This document shows positions 55,242 to 64,000 of a stretch of DNA of 64,000 nt, piece by piece. The notes under the pieces are model-generated. The model saw only the letters and a program-made list of their open reading frames with translations. It did no database searches and was not told where the DNA came from. A program made the position numbers and the translations under genes. The stretch lies in contig OY970218.1 in the NCBI GenBank assembly GCA_963713975.1, positions 2,656,001-2,720,000 on the forward strand, read 5' to 3'. How positions within the stretch are numbered: the first letter of the stretch is position 1; every line of letters begins with the position of its first letter. The stretch comes from an uncultured Chloroflexia bacterium. GTDB lineage: Bacteria > Chloroflexota > Limnocylindria > Limnocylindrales > CSP1-4.

Positions 55242-57137
55242 GTGACGACATCCATCGCAGCGGGCCCGGACATCGTCCGGGACGATCCCCGGCTGGCCCT
55301 GGCCTGGCGCCTCGCCCCGCTGGCGCTGGCCGTGCTGGCCGCCATCGCCTACGGTCTGAACCTGACCGTCAGCGGGTACGCGAACACCTACTACTCGGCG
55401 GCCGCCCAGGCCGGGTCGCAGAGCTGGTCCGCGATGCTGTTCGGGTCCCTGGACGCGGCCGGGTTCATCACGGTTGACAAGCCGCCTGTCTCCCTGTGGG
55501 CCCAGGGCCTCTCGGTGCGGATCCTGGGCCTCGGTCCCTGGGCGGTGCTCCTGCCGCAGGCACTCGCGGGGGTCGCCGCGGTGGTCATCCTCCACGACGC
55601 CGTCCGCCGCCAGCTCGGCCGCGAGGCGGCCCTCATCGCAGGGGTCGCATTCGCGCTCACCCCCGTCGCCGTCCTGGTCTTCCGCTACAACAACCCCGAC
55701 GCGGTTCTGGTACTGCTGCTCGTGGCCGCGGCATGGGCGCTGGTCCGGGGCCTGGAGGACGGCCGTCTCCGCTGGCCGCTGGTCGCCGCGGTGCTGATCG
55801 GGCTGGCCTTCCTCACCAAGTTCCTCCAGGCGTACCTCGTGCTGCCCGCGTTCCTCGCGACCTATCTCGTTGCCGCGCCGGGCGGGATCGGGCGAAGGAT
55901 CGCCGTGCTGGCGGCCTCCGCCGTCGCCGTGCTGGCCTCGTCGTTGTGGTGGGTGGCGCTGGTGGACCTGCTGCCGGCGTCATCGCGCCCCTACATCGGC
56001 GGCTCCCGGGACAACACCGCGCTCGACCTCCTGCTGGGCTACGACGGCCTCGGCCGGATCTTCGGAGGCGGAGGTAGCGCAGCAGCGTCCGGCGGGAGGC
56101 CAGGGGGTGGCGCCATATTTGGAGGCAGCGTGGGCCTGCTGCGGATGTTCAATGCCGAGTGGGCGGGCCAGGTGGGCTGGCTGCTGCCGGCGGCACTGAT
56201 CGGGCTGGCGACCGGCCTCGTCACGCGCCTGCGGGCACCCCGCACGGACCCGCGACGGGCAGCCTTCCTCCTGTGGGGCACCTGGGCCGTCGTCCACATC
56301 CTGGTGTTCTCGCTGATGAGCGGCATCGTGCACCCGTACTACGCGGTTGCCATCGCACCGGCAGCGGCGGCGCTCACCGGTGGCGGCGTCGTGGAGCTGT
56401 GGAGACCCCGAGCCCGCTTCGCGCCGGCGGGCCTCGTGCTGGGCGGGATGATCGTGGTGACGGCGTGGTGGTGCTGGCAGGTGCTGGACCGGACGCCGGA
56501 GTTCTGGCCCGGCGCCGGCGTGGCGGCGTTCTTCGTGGCCGTCTCGGCCGGGATCCTGGTCGCCGTCACGTCCCTGGTGGACGACCCAAGATCGCCGGGG
56601 ATTGGGTGGATCGCCCTGGTGCTGGGGGTTGGCGCCATGCTCGTCGGGCCCGTGCTCTACGCCGGCGAGACCATGGGACGGGCGATCGCGGGTGGCGACC
56701 CCGCGGCGGGCCCGAGCACGAGCCGTCCTGGCGGCTTCCCGGGCGGCCCAGGCGGCTTCCCGGGTGACGCGGCGGGCACGGACGAGCAACTCGTGTCGTG
56801 GCTCCTCGAGCACCAGGGCACGGAGACGTGGCTGGTGGCGGTCGGCTCGGCGAACCAGGCCGGGCCGCTCCAGCTGGCGTCGGGCGTGCCGGTCATGGCC
56901 ATGGGTGGCTTCATGGGCTCCGATCCCGCGCCAACGCTGGAGCAGCTCCAGGCGTACGTGCGGGATGGCAGCCTGCGGTTCGTCCTGCTCGGCGGTCGGG
57001 ACGGCGGCCCAGGCGGGTTCTTCGGCGGGGACGGGCAGGGGAGTGTGGCCGGCGAGCGATCCGACTGGGTGACGACGGCCTGCAGTCCCGTGGACGGCCT
57101 GTCCGCGACGCTCTACGACTGCCGCGGGGCCGGCTGA
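55242..57137 (+). CDS. ArnT/PMT-like GT-C glycosyltransferase (YkcB-like)
   Basis: YANTYYSAA, ITVDKPP, RYNNPD, GGFMGSDP; many TM helices; alternative start 55182. Confidence 0.88.
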   Translation: MTTSIAAGPDIVRDDPRLALAWRLAPLALAVLAAIAYGLNLTVSGYANTYYSAAAQAGSQSWSAMLFGSLDAAGFITVDKPPVSLWAQGLSVRILGLGPWAVLLPQALAGVAAVVILHDAVRRQLGREAALIAGVAFALTPVAVLVFRYNNPDAVLVLLLVAAAWALVRGLEDGRLRWPLVAAVLIGLAFLTKFLQAYLVLPAFLATYLVAAPGGIGRRIAVLAASAVAVLASSLWWVALVDLLPASSRPYIGGSRDNTALDLLLGYDGLGRIFGGGGSAAASGGRPGGGAIFGGSVGLLRMFNAEWAGQVGWLLPAALIGLATGLVTRLRAPRTDPRRAAFLLWGTWAVVHILVFSLMSGIVHPYYAVAIAPAAAALTGGGVVELWRPRARFAPAGLVLGGMIVVTAWWCWQVLDRTPEFWPGAGVAAFFVAVSAGILVAVTSLVDDPRSPGIGWIALVLGVGAMLVGPVLYAGETMGRAIAGGDPAAGPSTSRPGGFPGGPGGFPGDAAGTDEQLVSWLLEHQGTETWLVAVGSANQAGPLQLASGVPVMAMGGFMGSDPAPTLEQLQAYVRDGSLRFVLLGGRDGGPGGFFGGDGQGSVAGERSDWVTTACSPVDGLSATLYDCRGAG

Positions 57138-57180
57138 CGCGTCCCGAGGTGGCGTGCGGAGTCCTGGGCCCGACGCTGGT

Positions 57181-57197
57181 TCTCAGGGTGCTCTCAT
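57181..57197 (+). promoter_or_regulatory. MprA-type box 3 (upstream of ferric reductase-like gene)
   Basis: TCTCAG-ggtgc-TCTCAT. Confidence 0.78.
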
Positions 57198-57219
57198 CGC
57201 GCAGCCCGACGATCCTGCC

Positions 57220-58593
57220 GTGAGCGCAACGCCCTCCATCCGCCCGCGCCCGGTCCCGCTGCCCCGCACCTGGGGAGTCCATGCGCGCGACATCGTCGCC
57301 CTGCTGGTGGGCAACGGCATCTTCATCGTCCTGATGTGGGTTCGCCACGGAGCCCTCAACGAGTTCGGCTCGCTCGCCGCCGGCCTCACCGCGCTTGGAC
57401 AGCTGGCGGCCCTCGAGGGCACCTACCTCGCACTGGTGGGGATCGTCCTCATGGCCCGCAGCCCCTGGCTGGACGAGGCGTTCGGGATGGACCGGCTCGC
57501 CTGGGCTCACCGCTGGCTCGGGTTCGCAGCGGTGTGGCTGATCGGTGCCCACCTGGTGCTGACCGTCACGGGGTACGCCTTTGGCGACGGGCAGGACCCG
57601 ATCACGGAGCTGGTCACGCTGGTCATGACCTACCCGTTCGTGCTCCTGGGTCTCGTGGGCTTCGTGCTGTTCGTGATGCTGGGCGTCACCTCCGTGCGGG
57701 CCGCACGCCGGCGCGTGTCGTACGAGACCTGGTTCTTCCTCCACCTGTACGCGTACCTCGCGATCGCTCTCGCGTTCCTGCACCAGCTCCATGCCGGCGC
57801 GGACTTCATCCACGACCAGCTCGCCGCGATCTACTGGATCAGCCTGTACGTGATCGCCGCGCTCCTCGTTCTCGTCTTCCGCGTCGGCCAGCCCCTGGCC
57901 ACCTCGCTTCGCCACCGCCTGCGGGTCTCGGCCGTCGTGCCCGAGACGGCCGGGGTGACCTCGATCTACCTCGCCGGGCGCGATCTTGACCGGCTGCCCG
58001 TTCGCTCCGGCCAGTACTTCGTCATCCGCTTCCTCACCCGCGATGGCTGGTGGCGCGGCCACCCGTACTCGCTCTCGTCGGCGCCCAACGGCAACTGGCT
58101 CCGGATCACCGTCAAGGCCCTGGGCGACGACAGCACGCGGCTGCAGCGCGTGCCCGTGGGAACGCCGGTGTTCGTGGAAGGTCCCTACGGCGTCCTCACC
58201 GGCGCCCGCCGGACGCGGCCCAGGGTGACGTTCATCGCGGGCGGCATCGGGATTGCCCCGCTGCGGGCGCTGCTGGAGTCGCTCCCCGCCGCCCGCGGCG
58301 ATCTCACCCTGCTCTACCGGGCCCGCCACGAGTCGGACGTCGTGTTCCGCGAGGAGCTGCGCCTGCTTGCCGCTCATCGCGGCGCAACGGTCCATCTCCT
58401 GCTCGGCCGGCGTGGCGCAACGGGGTCCGAGAATCCCCTCGGGAGCGAGTCGCTCGCCCGTCTCGTGCCCGACATCAGCGAGCACGAGGTCTACGTCTGC
58501 GGGCCCGCCGAGATGATGCAGGCGACCGAGGCGTCGCTCCGGCGATTGGGCGTGCCGGACCGGCACATCCACGCCGAGCGGTTCGCCTACTGA
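57220..58593 (+). CDS. Ferric reductase-like heme-b membrane domain fused to an FAD/NAD(P)H-binding domain
   Basis: His pairs (HRW..H; LH..HQ), HPYSLS, EGPYG, GGIGIAP, CGP, ERF. Confidence 0.9.
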   Translation: MSATPSIRPRPVPLPRTWGVHARDIVALLVGNGIFIVLMWVRHGALNEFGSLAAGLTALGQLAALEGTYLALVGIVLMARSPWLDEAFGMDRLAWAHRWLGFAAVWLIGAHLVLTVTGYAFGDGQDPITELVTLVMTYPFVLLGLVGFVLFVMLGVTSVRAARRRVSYETWFFLHLYAYLAIALAFLHQLHAGADFIHDQLAAIYWISLYVIAALLVLVFRVGQPLATSLRHRLRVSAVVPETAGVTSIYLAGRDLDRLPVRSGQYFVIRFLTRDGWWRGHPYSLSSAPNGNWLRITVKALGDDSTRLQRVPVGTPVFVEGPYGVLTGARRTRPRVTFIAGGIGIAPLRALLESLPAARGDLTLLYRARHESDVVFREELRLLAAHRGATVHLLLGRRGATGSENPLGSESLARLVPDISEHEVYVCGPAEMMQATEASLRRLGVPDRHIHAERFAY

Positions 58594-58607
58594 CCTCCAC
58601 CCGGCGC

Positions 58608-58624
58608 TCTCAGGCCCTTCTCAG
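58608..58624 (+). promoter_or_regulatory. MprA-type box 4 (upstream of FMN-binding protein)
   Basis: TCTCAG-gccct-TCTCAG. Confidence 0.8.
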
Positions 58625-58679
58625 CGATCCGGGCAATCCTTCGGTCCAGTCCACCCACTACCCTCCAGGAGAACACGAT

Positions 58680-59162
58680 ATGCCGAAGCGGGGCGCATTC
58701 GCTCTCGGGCTCACGGCGGTTGCGCTCGTCCTCCTGCTCAACTTCCAGACGCCGTCCGCAGCACCGTCGTCGTCGGCCAATCCGGGCATCGCCCGCACCT
58801 CCAACGCGGCAGGCTCCTCGGGAACGAGTGGCTCCTCGGGCGCCGACGGCTCCTCGGGCACCGGCGGCACCGGCACCGCCACCGAGCGGCGCACGGTTGA
58901 CGGGGCCGTCGTCAGCACCCGGTTCGGGAGCGTGCAGGTCGAGGTGACGCTGGACGGCGGCACGATCGTGGACGTTGCGGCGCTCCAGCTGCCCAGCGGC
59001 GATCGTCGGACCAACCAGATCTCGTCGTACGCCGAGCCCATCCTGCGCACGCAGGCACTGCAGGTCCAAAGCTCGACCATCGATGGGATCTCCGGCGCGA
59101 CGTACACGAGCGACGCCTACGCGCGGTCGCTCCAGGCAGCCCTCGACACCGCCGGCATCTGA
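58680..59162 (+). CDS. Extracytoplasmic FMN-binding (flavinylated) protein
   Basis: AGGAG RBS, signal anchor, Gly/Ser linker, IDGISGATYTS motif. Confidence 0.9.
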   Translation: MPKRGAFALGLTAVALVLLLNFQTPSAAPSSSANPGIARTSNAAGSSGTSGSSGADGSSGTGGTGTATERRTVDGAVVSTRFGSVQVEVTLDGGTIVDVAALQLPSGDRRTNQISSYAEPILRTQALQVQSSTIDGISGATYTSDAYARSLQAALDTAGI

Positions 59163-59172
59163 GCCCGACCGC

Positions 59173-60018
59173 GTGTCGACCGCCCCCGGGACCAAGGAGC
59201 CGGACGCCGGGGATCCCGTGCCCGACCTCGGACAGCGCCGGCGCCAGCTGCGCGTGGAGCACGTCATGGGTACGACGGCCTCCATCGACGTCCGGGAGCC
59301 GTTCGTCCCGGAGGGCGTCCTGGACGCCGTGATCGAGTGGTTCCACGACGTGGATCGCCGGTTCAGCCCCTATCGCGCGGACGGCGAGGTGACCCGCGTT
59401 GGGAGCGGTGAGCTTGCCTTCGAGGACGCCAGCCCGGACGTCCGGGCCGTGTTCACGCTGGCGGATGTGATGCGCCTGAGGACGGACGGATTCTTCGATC
59501 CGTCGGGCCATCGGCCGGACGGGCGCCGGGACCCGACGGGCGTCATCAAGGGATGGGCGGTGGACGAAGGGCTCTCGATGCTGCGCCTGGCGGGCGCCCG
59601 GAACGTGCAGGTGGTCGTCGGCGGGGATCTGGTCGCTGTCGGCCGCCCGGCGGTGGGACGTTCATGGCGGATCGGCATCCGGCACCCTGACCATCCCGAC
59701 CGCGTCGCGGCCGTCCTGGAGGTCTCGGATCTCGCGGTGGCGACCTCCGGGCTGTACGAGCGGGGCGGTCACATCAGGGACCCCCGGTCCGGGGCCGTGC
59801 CCCACGGCCTGCGGAGCATGACGGTCGTCGGGCCGAACCTGGCTGCCGCCGACGCCTACGCGACGGCCGCCTTTGCCATGGGCGAGCGGGGCATCGCGTG
59901 GGTTGCACGCCAGGAAGGGTTCGGTGCCATCGCGATCACTGCCGATGACCGGGTCATCTGGACGCCGCTCGCTCACCTGCTGCTCGTGCAGGATCCGGAC
60001 GCGGCCTCGGCCGACTGA
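59173..60018 (+). CDS. apbE: FAD:protein FMN transferase
   Basis: VMGT, FDP, KGWAVD, GGD, ATSG.YE, HIRDPR, ADAYATA. Confidence 0.92.
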   Translation: MSTAPGTKEPDAGDPVPDLGQRRRQLRVEHVMGTTASIDVREPFVPEGVLDAVIEWFHDVDRRFSPYRADGEVTRVGSGELAFEDASPDVRAVFTLADVMRLRTDGFFDPSGHRPDGRRDPTGVIKGWAVDEGLSMLRLAGARNVQVVVGGDLVAVGRPAVGRSWRIGIRHPDHPDRVAAVLEVSDLAVATSGLYERGGHIRDPRSGAVPHGLRSMTVVGPNLAAADAYATAAFAMGERGIAWVARQEGFGAIAITADDRVIWTPLAHLLLVQDPDAASAD

Positions 60019-60046
60019 CCGCGGCCTCCCCGGGCCTCTCTCCTTC

Positions 60047-60063
60047 TCTCAGGCCTATCTCAT
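60047..60063 (+). promoter_or_regulatory. MprA-type box 5 (upstream of HtrA-like protease)
   Basis: TCTCAG-gccta-TCTCAT. Confidence 0.8.
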
Positions 60064-60119
60064 GGACGTGCGGTTGACTTGACGCTGCGAGCCACCGCGT
60101 TCCCACCCAGGAGCAACCG

Positions 60120-61028
60120 ATGACCTACCCGTTCGTCCCCGCCGAGCCCGAGCCGCCGGGCGGGACGCCGCCGGCCCCGCCCGCCCCGGTCGTGACCGCC
60201 GCGACACCGGAGCGACCGCGAGGCGGTCTCGGTGTGGGGCAGGTGTTCGCCGCCGCCGTTCTCAGCGCCGTCCTTGCGTCGGGGGGAACGGTTCTCGCCG
60301 TCCACGAGCTCGTGCCGCAGGCGACGCCGATCCCGGCCCAGGCCGTGGGCACCGCGACCAGCACGGGGACAACGACGGTCCAGGCGAGGGACCTGACAGA
60401 CGTCGTCGCCGCGGCCCGCCTGTCGGTCGTGACGATCTACGCGGACGGCCTGTCCGCGGACCAGTTCTCGCCCTTCGGGCAGCCCGTGAGCGGCGTGGGC
60501 TCCGGGATCATCCTGACCGGCGATGGCTACATCCTCACCAACCGGCACGTGGTTGAGGGCAGCTCCACCCTGAGCGTCGAGCTCGAGAGCGGCGCCACCT
60601 ATCCGGCCACGATCGTCGACCAGGCGTCCGACCAGGACCTCGCCGTGGTCAAGATCGACATGACCGGGCTCAGCGCGGCCCGCATCGGCGATTCCACGGG
60701 GATCCAGGTCGGCCAGACGGCGATCGCGATCGGCAGCCCGCTGGGCACCTACACCGAGACCGTGACCCGTGGCATCGTGTCCGGCCTCGGGCGTGAGATC
60801 ACAGTCCGCGACGAGCAGACGGGTCGTCCGACCACGCTGACCGGCCTCATCCAGACGGATGCCGCGATCAACCCCGGCAACAGCGGCGGACCCCTGCTCG
60901 ACGCGACCGGCGCCGTGATCGGCGTCAATACCGCGGTATCGACGAGCGCCCAGGGCCTGGGGTTCGCGATCCCGATCGCCGAGGCCGCGGCGCTGATCTC
61001 GCGCGCCACGTCGGGTGCCGGCGCCTGA
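60120..61028 (+). CDS. HtrA-like S1C serine protease without a PDZ domain
   Basis: GSG, LTNRHV, DLAV, QTDAAINPGNSGGPL, GFAIP; TM anchor. Confidence 0.92.
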   Translation: MTYPFVPAEPEPPGGTPPAPPAPVVTAATPERPRGGLGVGQVFAAAVLSAVLASGGTVLAVHELVPQATPIPAQAVGTATSTGTTTVQARDLTDVVAAARLSVVTIYADGLSADQFSPFGQPVSGVGSGIILTGDGYILTNRHVVEGSSTLSVELESGATYPATIVDQASDQDLAVVKIDMTGLSAARIGDSTGIQVGQTAIAIGSPLGTYTETVTRGIVSGLGREITVRDEQTGRPTTLTGLIQTDAAINPGNSGGPLLDATGAVIGVNTAVSTSAQGLGFAIPIAEAAALISRATSGAGA

Positions 61029-61057
61029 CACACCGCGCGCTCGCCCGCGTCCCAGTC

Positions 61058-61074
61058 TCTCAGCGGCTTCTCAT
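61058..61074 (+). promoter_or_regulatory. MprA-type box 6 (upstream of ABC exporter)
   Basis: TCTCAG-cggct-TCTCAT. Confidence 0.8.
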
Positions 61075-61128
61075 GGGCGGGCCCGACCATTCCAGTCAGC
61101 GTCCATCCACTGCGCCTGAGGCAAGCCC

Positions 61129-62295
61129 GTGAAGCTCAAGGTCCTGGTCATCGTCGTGCTGCTCGTCGCAGGCGGCGTCGCCGTATTCATGTCACTCGGA
61201 GGTCTGCCGTCAGGCGATTCCGCGAGCTCCACCTCCTACCTGACCTCGACCGCGGCCACGGGCGACGTGACCGACGAGGTCGCGGCCACCGGGACCATCG
61301 CCCCGGCCGCGAGCTACGTCCTCGGGTTTGGCTCGGCCCCGCAGCTGGTCGGTGACACCACGCCCGCCGTGGGTTCCGGTACCTGGACGGTGAAGGACGT
61401 GAACGTTGCCGTCGGCGATGCCGTCAAGGCCGGCGACGTGCTCGCGACAGCCTCCACCAGCGACCTCGTCAAGCAGCTCACGTCGGCGAACGCGTCCCTG
61501 GCATCCGCCAAGCTCGCCGAGAAGGCGGCCAAGAAGACGCGGACGGACGCGTCGGGCACCGATGCAATCCGGCAGGCCAAGATCGGCGTCTACAACGCGG
61601 CCAACGCCCGCCGCCAGGCGGAGTCGGATGTGGCGAGCCTCAAGGACCAGATCGCCCTCTCCAGGCTGGTGGCTCCCATCGACGGCACGGTGACCGCCAT
61701 CGCGATCGCCCCCGGCCTCGAGGCCACGGGCACCGCGATCACGATCGACTCCGGCGACTTCGAGGTGACCGCCGACGTGGTCGAGACGGACATTGCCTCC
61801 ATGACCCTGGGGCAGGATGCCACGGTGACGGTGAGCGCGATCGACGCGGCGATCGGGGGCAAGGTCGACACGATCGCCCCGGCAGCCGCATCCAGCAGTG
61901 GCAGTGGGAGCGTGGTCTCGTTCCCCGTCACGGTCGCGCTGACCGGCGCCCCGTCGACCCTCCGGTCCGGCATGACCGCCGACATCACGATCGTCACCTC
62001 CTCCGCCCCGAACGTCCTGATGATCCCCAGCGCGGCCCTGCGCGGCACCAGCGGCGACTACGCCGTCCAGGTGATGGGCGCTGACGGCACGGTGACGTCG
62101 ACGCCCGTGACCGTCGGCCTGGTGACGAGCTCCGAGGCCGAGATCACGTCCGGCCTGGCGGCGGGCGACGTGGTGGTCACGGGCATCAACACGGACCGCA
62201 TCGCATCGACGACCACCACGACCTCCGGCCGGGGCGGGCTCGGCGGCGGCGTCGCCATCCCGGGCGTGGGCGGCGGCGGCCGGGTCCAGCCGTGA
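61129..62295 (+). CDS. Membrane-fusion/adaptor subunit (MacA/YknX-like)
   Basis: VGDAVKAGDVL lipoyl-like motif, APIDGTV, GMTA, EITSGL. Confidence 0.88.
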   Translation: MKLKVLVIVVLLVAGGVAVFMSLGGLPSGDSASSTSYLTSTAATGDVTDEVAATGTIAPAASYVLGFGSAPQLVGDTTPAVGSGTWTVKDVNVAVGDAVKAGDVLATASTSDLVKQLTSANASLASAKLAEKAAKKTRTDASGTDAIRQAKIGVYNAANARRQAESDVASLKDQIALSRLVAPIDGTVTAIAIAPGLEATGTAITIDSGDFEVTADVVETDIASMTLGQDATVTVSAIDAAIGGKVDTIAPAAASSSGSGSVVSFPVTVALTGAPSTLRSGMTADITIVTSSAPNVLMIPSAALRGTSGDYAVQVMGADGTVTSTPVTVGLVTSSEAEITSGLAAGDVVVTGINTDRIASTTTTTSGRGGLGGGVAIPGVGGGGRVQP

Positions 62296-62990
62296 CGCTC
62301 GAAGCGGCCCCGGTGACCGCCACGCCGATCGTCAGCCTCCGCGGGATCGGGCGGACCTACGACATGGGCACGGTCACCGTGCCCGCGCTGCGGGACGTGG
62401 ATCTCGACGTCAACCAGGGCGAATTCCTCGCCATCGTCGGCCCCTCCGGATCCGGCAAGAGCACGATGATGCACATCATCGGCTGCCTCGACCGGCCCAC
62501 GACCGGGACCTACCTGCTGGCCGGCCAGCCGGTTGAGGAGCTCGACGACGACGGGTTGGCCGGGGTCCGCAGCCGGACGATCGGGTTTGTGTTCCAGTCC
62601 TACAACCTGCTGCCACGGACGAGTGCCGTTGACAACGTCGCCACGCCGCTGCTCTACCAGGGCGTGGGGCGGGCGGAGCGGGTCCGGCGCGCAACGGCAG
62701 CGCTCGAGCGCCTTGGCCTGGCCGACCGCCTCGACCACGAGCCCAGCGAGCTCTCCGGTGGCCAGCAGCAGCGGGTCGCCGTCGCTCGGGCGATCGTCAC
62801 GGATCCGGCGCTGATCCTCGCGGACGAGCCGACCGGCAACCTCGACCAGGCGTCGGGCCACGAGGTCCTCGAGCTGCTGCGAGAGCTCAACACGGCGGGC
62901 AGCACGATCGTGCTCATCACGCACGACGCCGAGGTTGCGGAGGCCGCCGGCCGACAGATCCACATCCGCGATGGAAGGCTTCTCGCATGA
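62292..62990 (+). CDS. ABC transporter ATP-binding protein (MacB/LolD family)
   Basis: [30 protein letters not shown]. Confidence 0.95.
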   Translation: MTLEAAPVTATPIVSLRGIGRTYDMGTVTVPALRDVDLDVNQGEFLAIVGPSGSGKSTMMHIIGCLDRPTTGTYLLAGQPVEELDDDGLAGVRSRTIGFVFQSYNLLPRTSAVDNVATPLLYQGVGRAERVRRATAALERLGLADRLDHEPSELSGGQQQRVAVARAIVTDPALILADEPTGNLDQASGHEVLELLRELNTAGSTIVLITHDAEVAEAAGRQIHIRDGRLLA

Positions 62991-64000
62991 GGCTCATCGA
63001 GCTCATTCGCCTGGCCTTCTCGCGCCTTCGCACGGGTCGGCTGCGGGCCGCCCTGACGATGCTGGGCGTGATCATCGGGGTCGCGTCGGTGGTCGCGCTC
63101 GTCGGCGTCGGCCAGGGCACCTCGTCCAGCATCACCGATCGGCTGTCGAGCCTCGGCACCAACCTGTTGACGATCAACACGGCCGGAGCCAACGGCGGCG
63201 CCAGTTCCACCCTCACGCTGGGCGACTCGGAGGCGATCCGTGGCGTGGCCGGCGTCGCCGGTGTCGCGCCCGAGACACAGACCCAGGAGACGGTCGCCGC
63301 CGGGACGACCACGACCGACACCTCGATCATCGGAACCACGGCCGACTACGCGGCGGTCCGCGCCTACGACGTCTGGCAGGGCACGTTCCTGACCGAGTCC
63401 GCGGTCGAGAGCGGGCTCCGGGTGGCCGTCCTTGGCGCCACGACGGCGGACACGCTCGGGCTCGACGGGTCCGCGATCGGCACCGACATCACCATCGCGG
63501 GTCTTCCGTTCCGGGTGATCGGCATCCTCCAGCCCAAGGGAAGCTCCGGCTTCCAGGATCCCGACGACCAGGTGATGGTGCCGGTAGGGATCGTGGAGAA
63601 GTACTTCGTGGCCGGTGACGGCGTGCGCACGATCGGCGTGAGCGTCGCGGACGAGTCCCAGATGACCGCCGTCCAGGACGACATCACGTCCCTGCTGCGG
63701 TCGCGCCATGGACTGGCTGCCACCGACGACGATGACTTCAGCATCCAGGACCAGGCCCAGCTGCTCGCGACGGCCTCGTCGATCAGCGGGACCCTGACGC
63801 TGCTGCTTGGCGGGATCGCCTCGATCTCGCTGATCGTGGGCGGCATCGGGATCATGAACATCATGCTGGTCTCCGTCCGCGAGCGGACGCGGGAGATCGG
63901 TATCCGCAAGGCCGTCGGCGCCCGCGGCCGCGACATCCTGGCCCAGTTCCTCATCGAGGCACTCACGCTGTCCGCCCTCGGTGGCGTGATCGGGATCGTG
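62987..64000 (+). CDS. MacB-type ABC permease (runs off the window)
   Basis: [37 protein letters not shown]. Confidence 0.93.
   Translation, partial: MRLIELIRLAFSRLRTGRLRAALTMLGVIIGVASVVALVGVGQGTSSSITDRLSSLGTNLLTINTAGANGGASSTLTLGDSEAIRGVAGVAGVAPETQTQETVAAGTTTTDTSIIGTTADYAAVRAYDVWQGTFLTESAVESGLRVAVLGATTADTLGLDGSAIGTDITIAGLPFRVIGILQPKGSSGFQDPDDQVMVPVGIVEKYFVAGDGVRTIGVSVADESQMTAVQDDITSLLRSRHGLAATDDDDFSIQDQAQLLATASSISGTLTLLLGGIASISLIVGGIGIMNIMLVSVRERTREIGIRKAVGARGRDILAQFLIEALTLSALGGVIGIV

Overview
Very GC-rich, densely coding bacterial chromosome segment. Gene style suggests Chloroflexota, possibly Limnocylindria (inference only). No CRISPR array, integrase, transposase or rRNA was found. Main content: DUF1611/dipeptide epimerase; TPM-domain protein plus pspA; an orphan N4/N6 DNA methyltransferase; tRNA-Arg(UCU) with a tandemly duplicated 3' end; a complete hoxEFUYH-hoxW-hypA bidirectional hydrogenase; an ECF sigma factor coupled to an Ogt-AdaN fusion; dps-furA; a split B12 acyl-CoA mutase with isobutyryl-CoA-mutase signature residues, plus meaB, hbd and thiolase; a stand-alone CarH-type B12 domain; tRNA-Lys(CUU); kdpDE next to a KimA-like K+ permease; and a second, membrane-bound group-1-like [NiFe] hydrogenase operon. 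The most striking observations are four. (1) The second hydrogenase keeps its four metal-ligating Cys but has lost the catalytic Glu, the canopy Asp and diatomic-ligand pocket residues, and it is paired with a degenerate maturation protease and a 7-heme cytochrome c. (2) Six consecutive intergenic gaps at 54.3-61.1 kb each carry a TCTCAG-N5-TCTCA(G/T) MprA-type box, defining an envelope-stress island with an ApbE flavinylation electron-transfer module. (3) A candidate ~235-nt non-coding RNA with its own promoter and terminator lies at 27.9-28.1 kb. (4) An ECF-sigma-based alkylation response module. All protein assignments come from motif recognition by eye; no database search was run.
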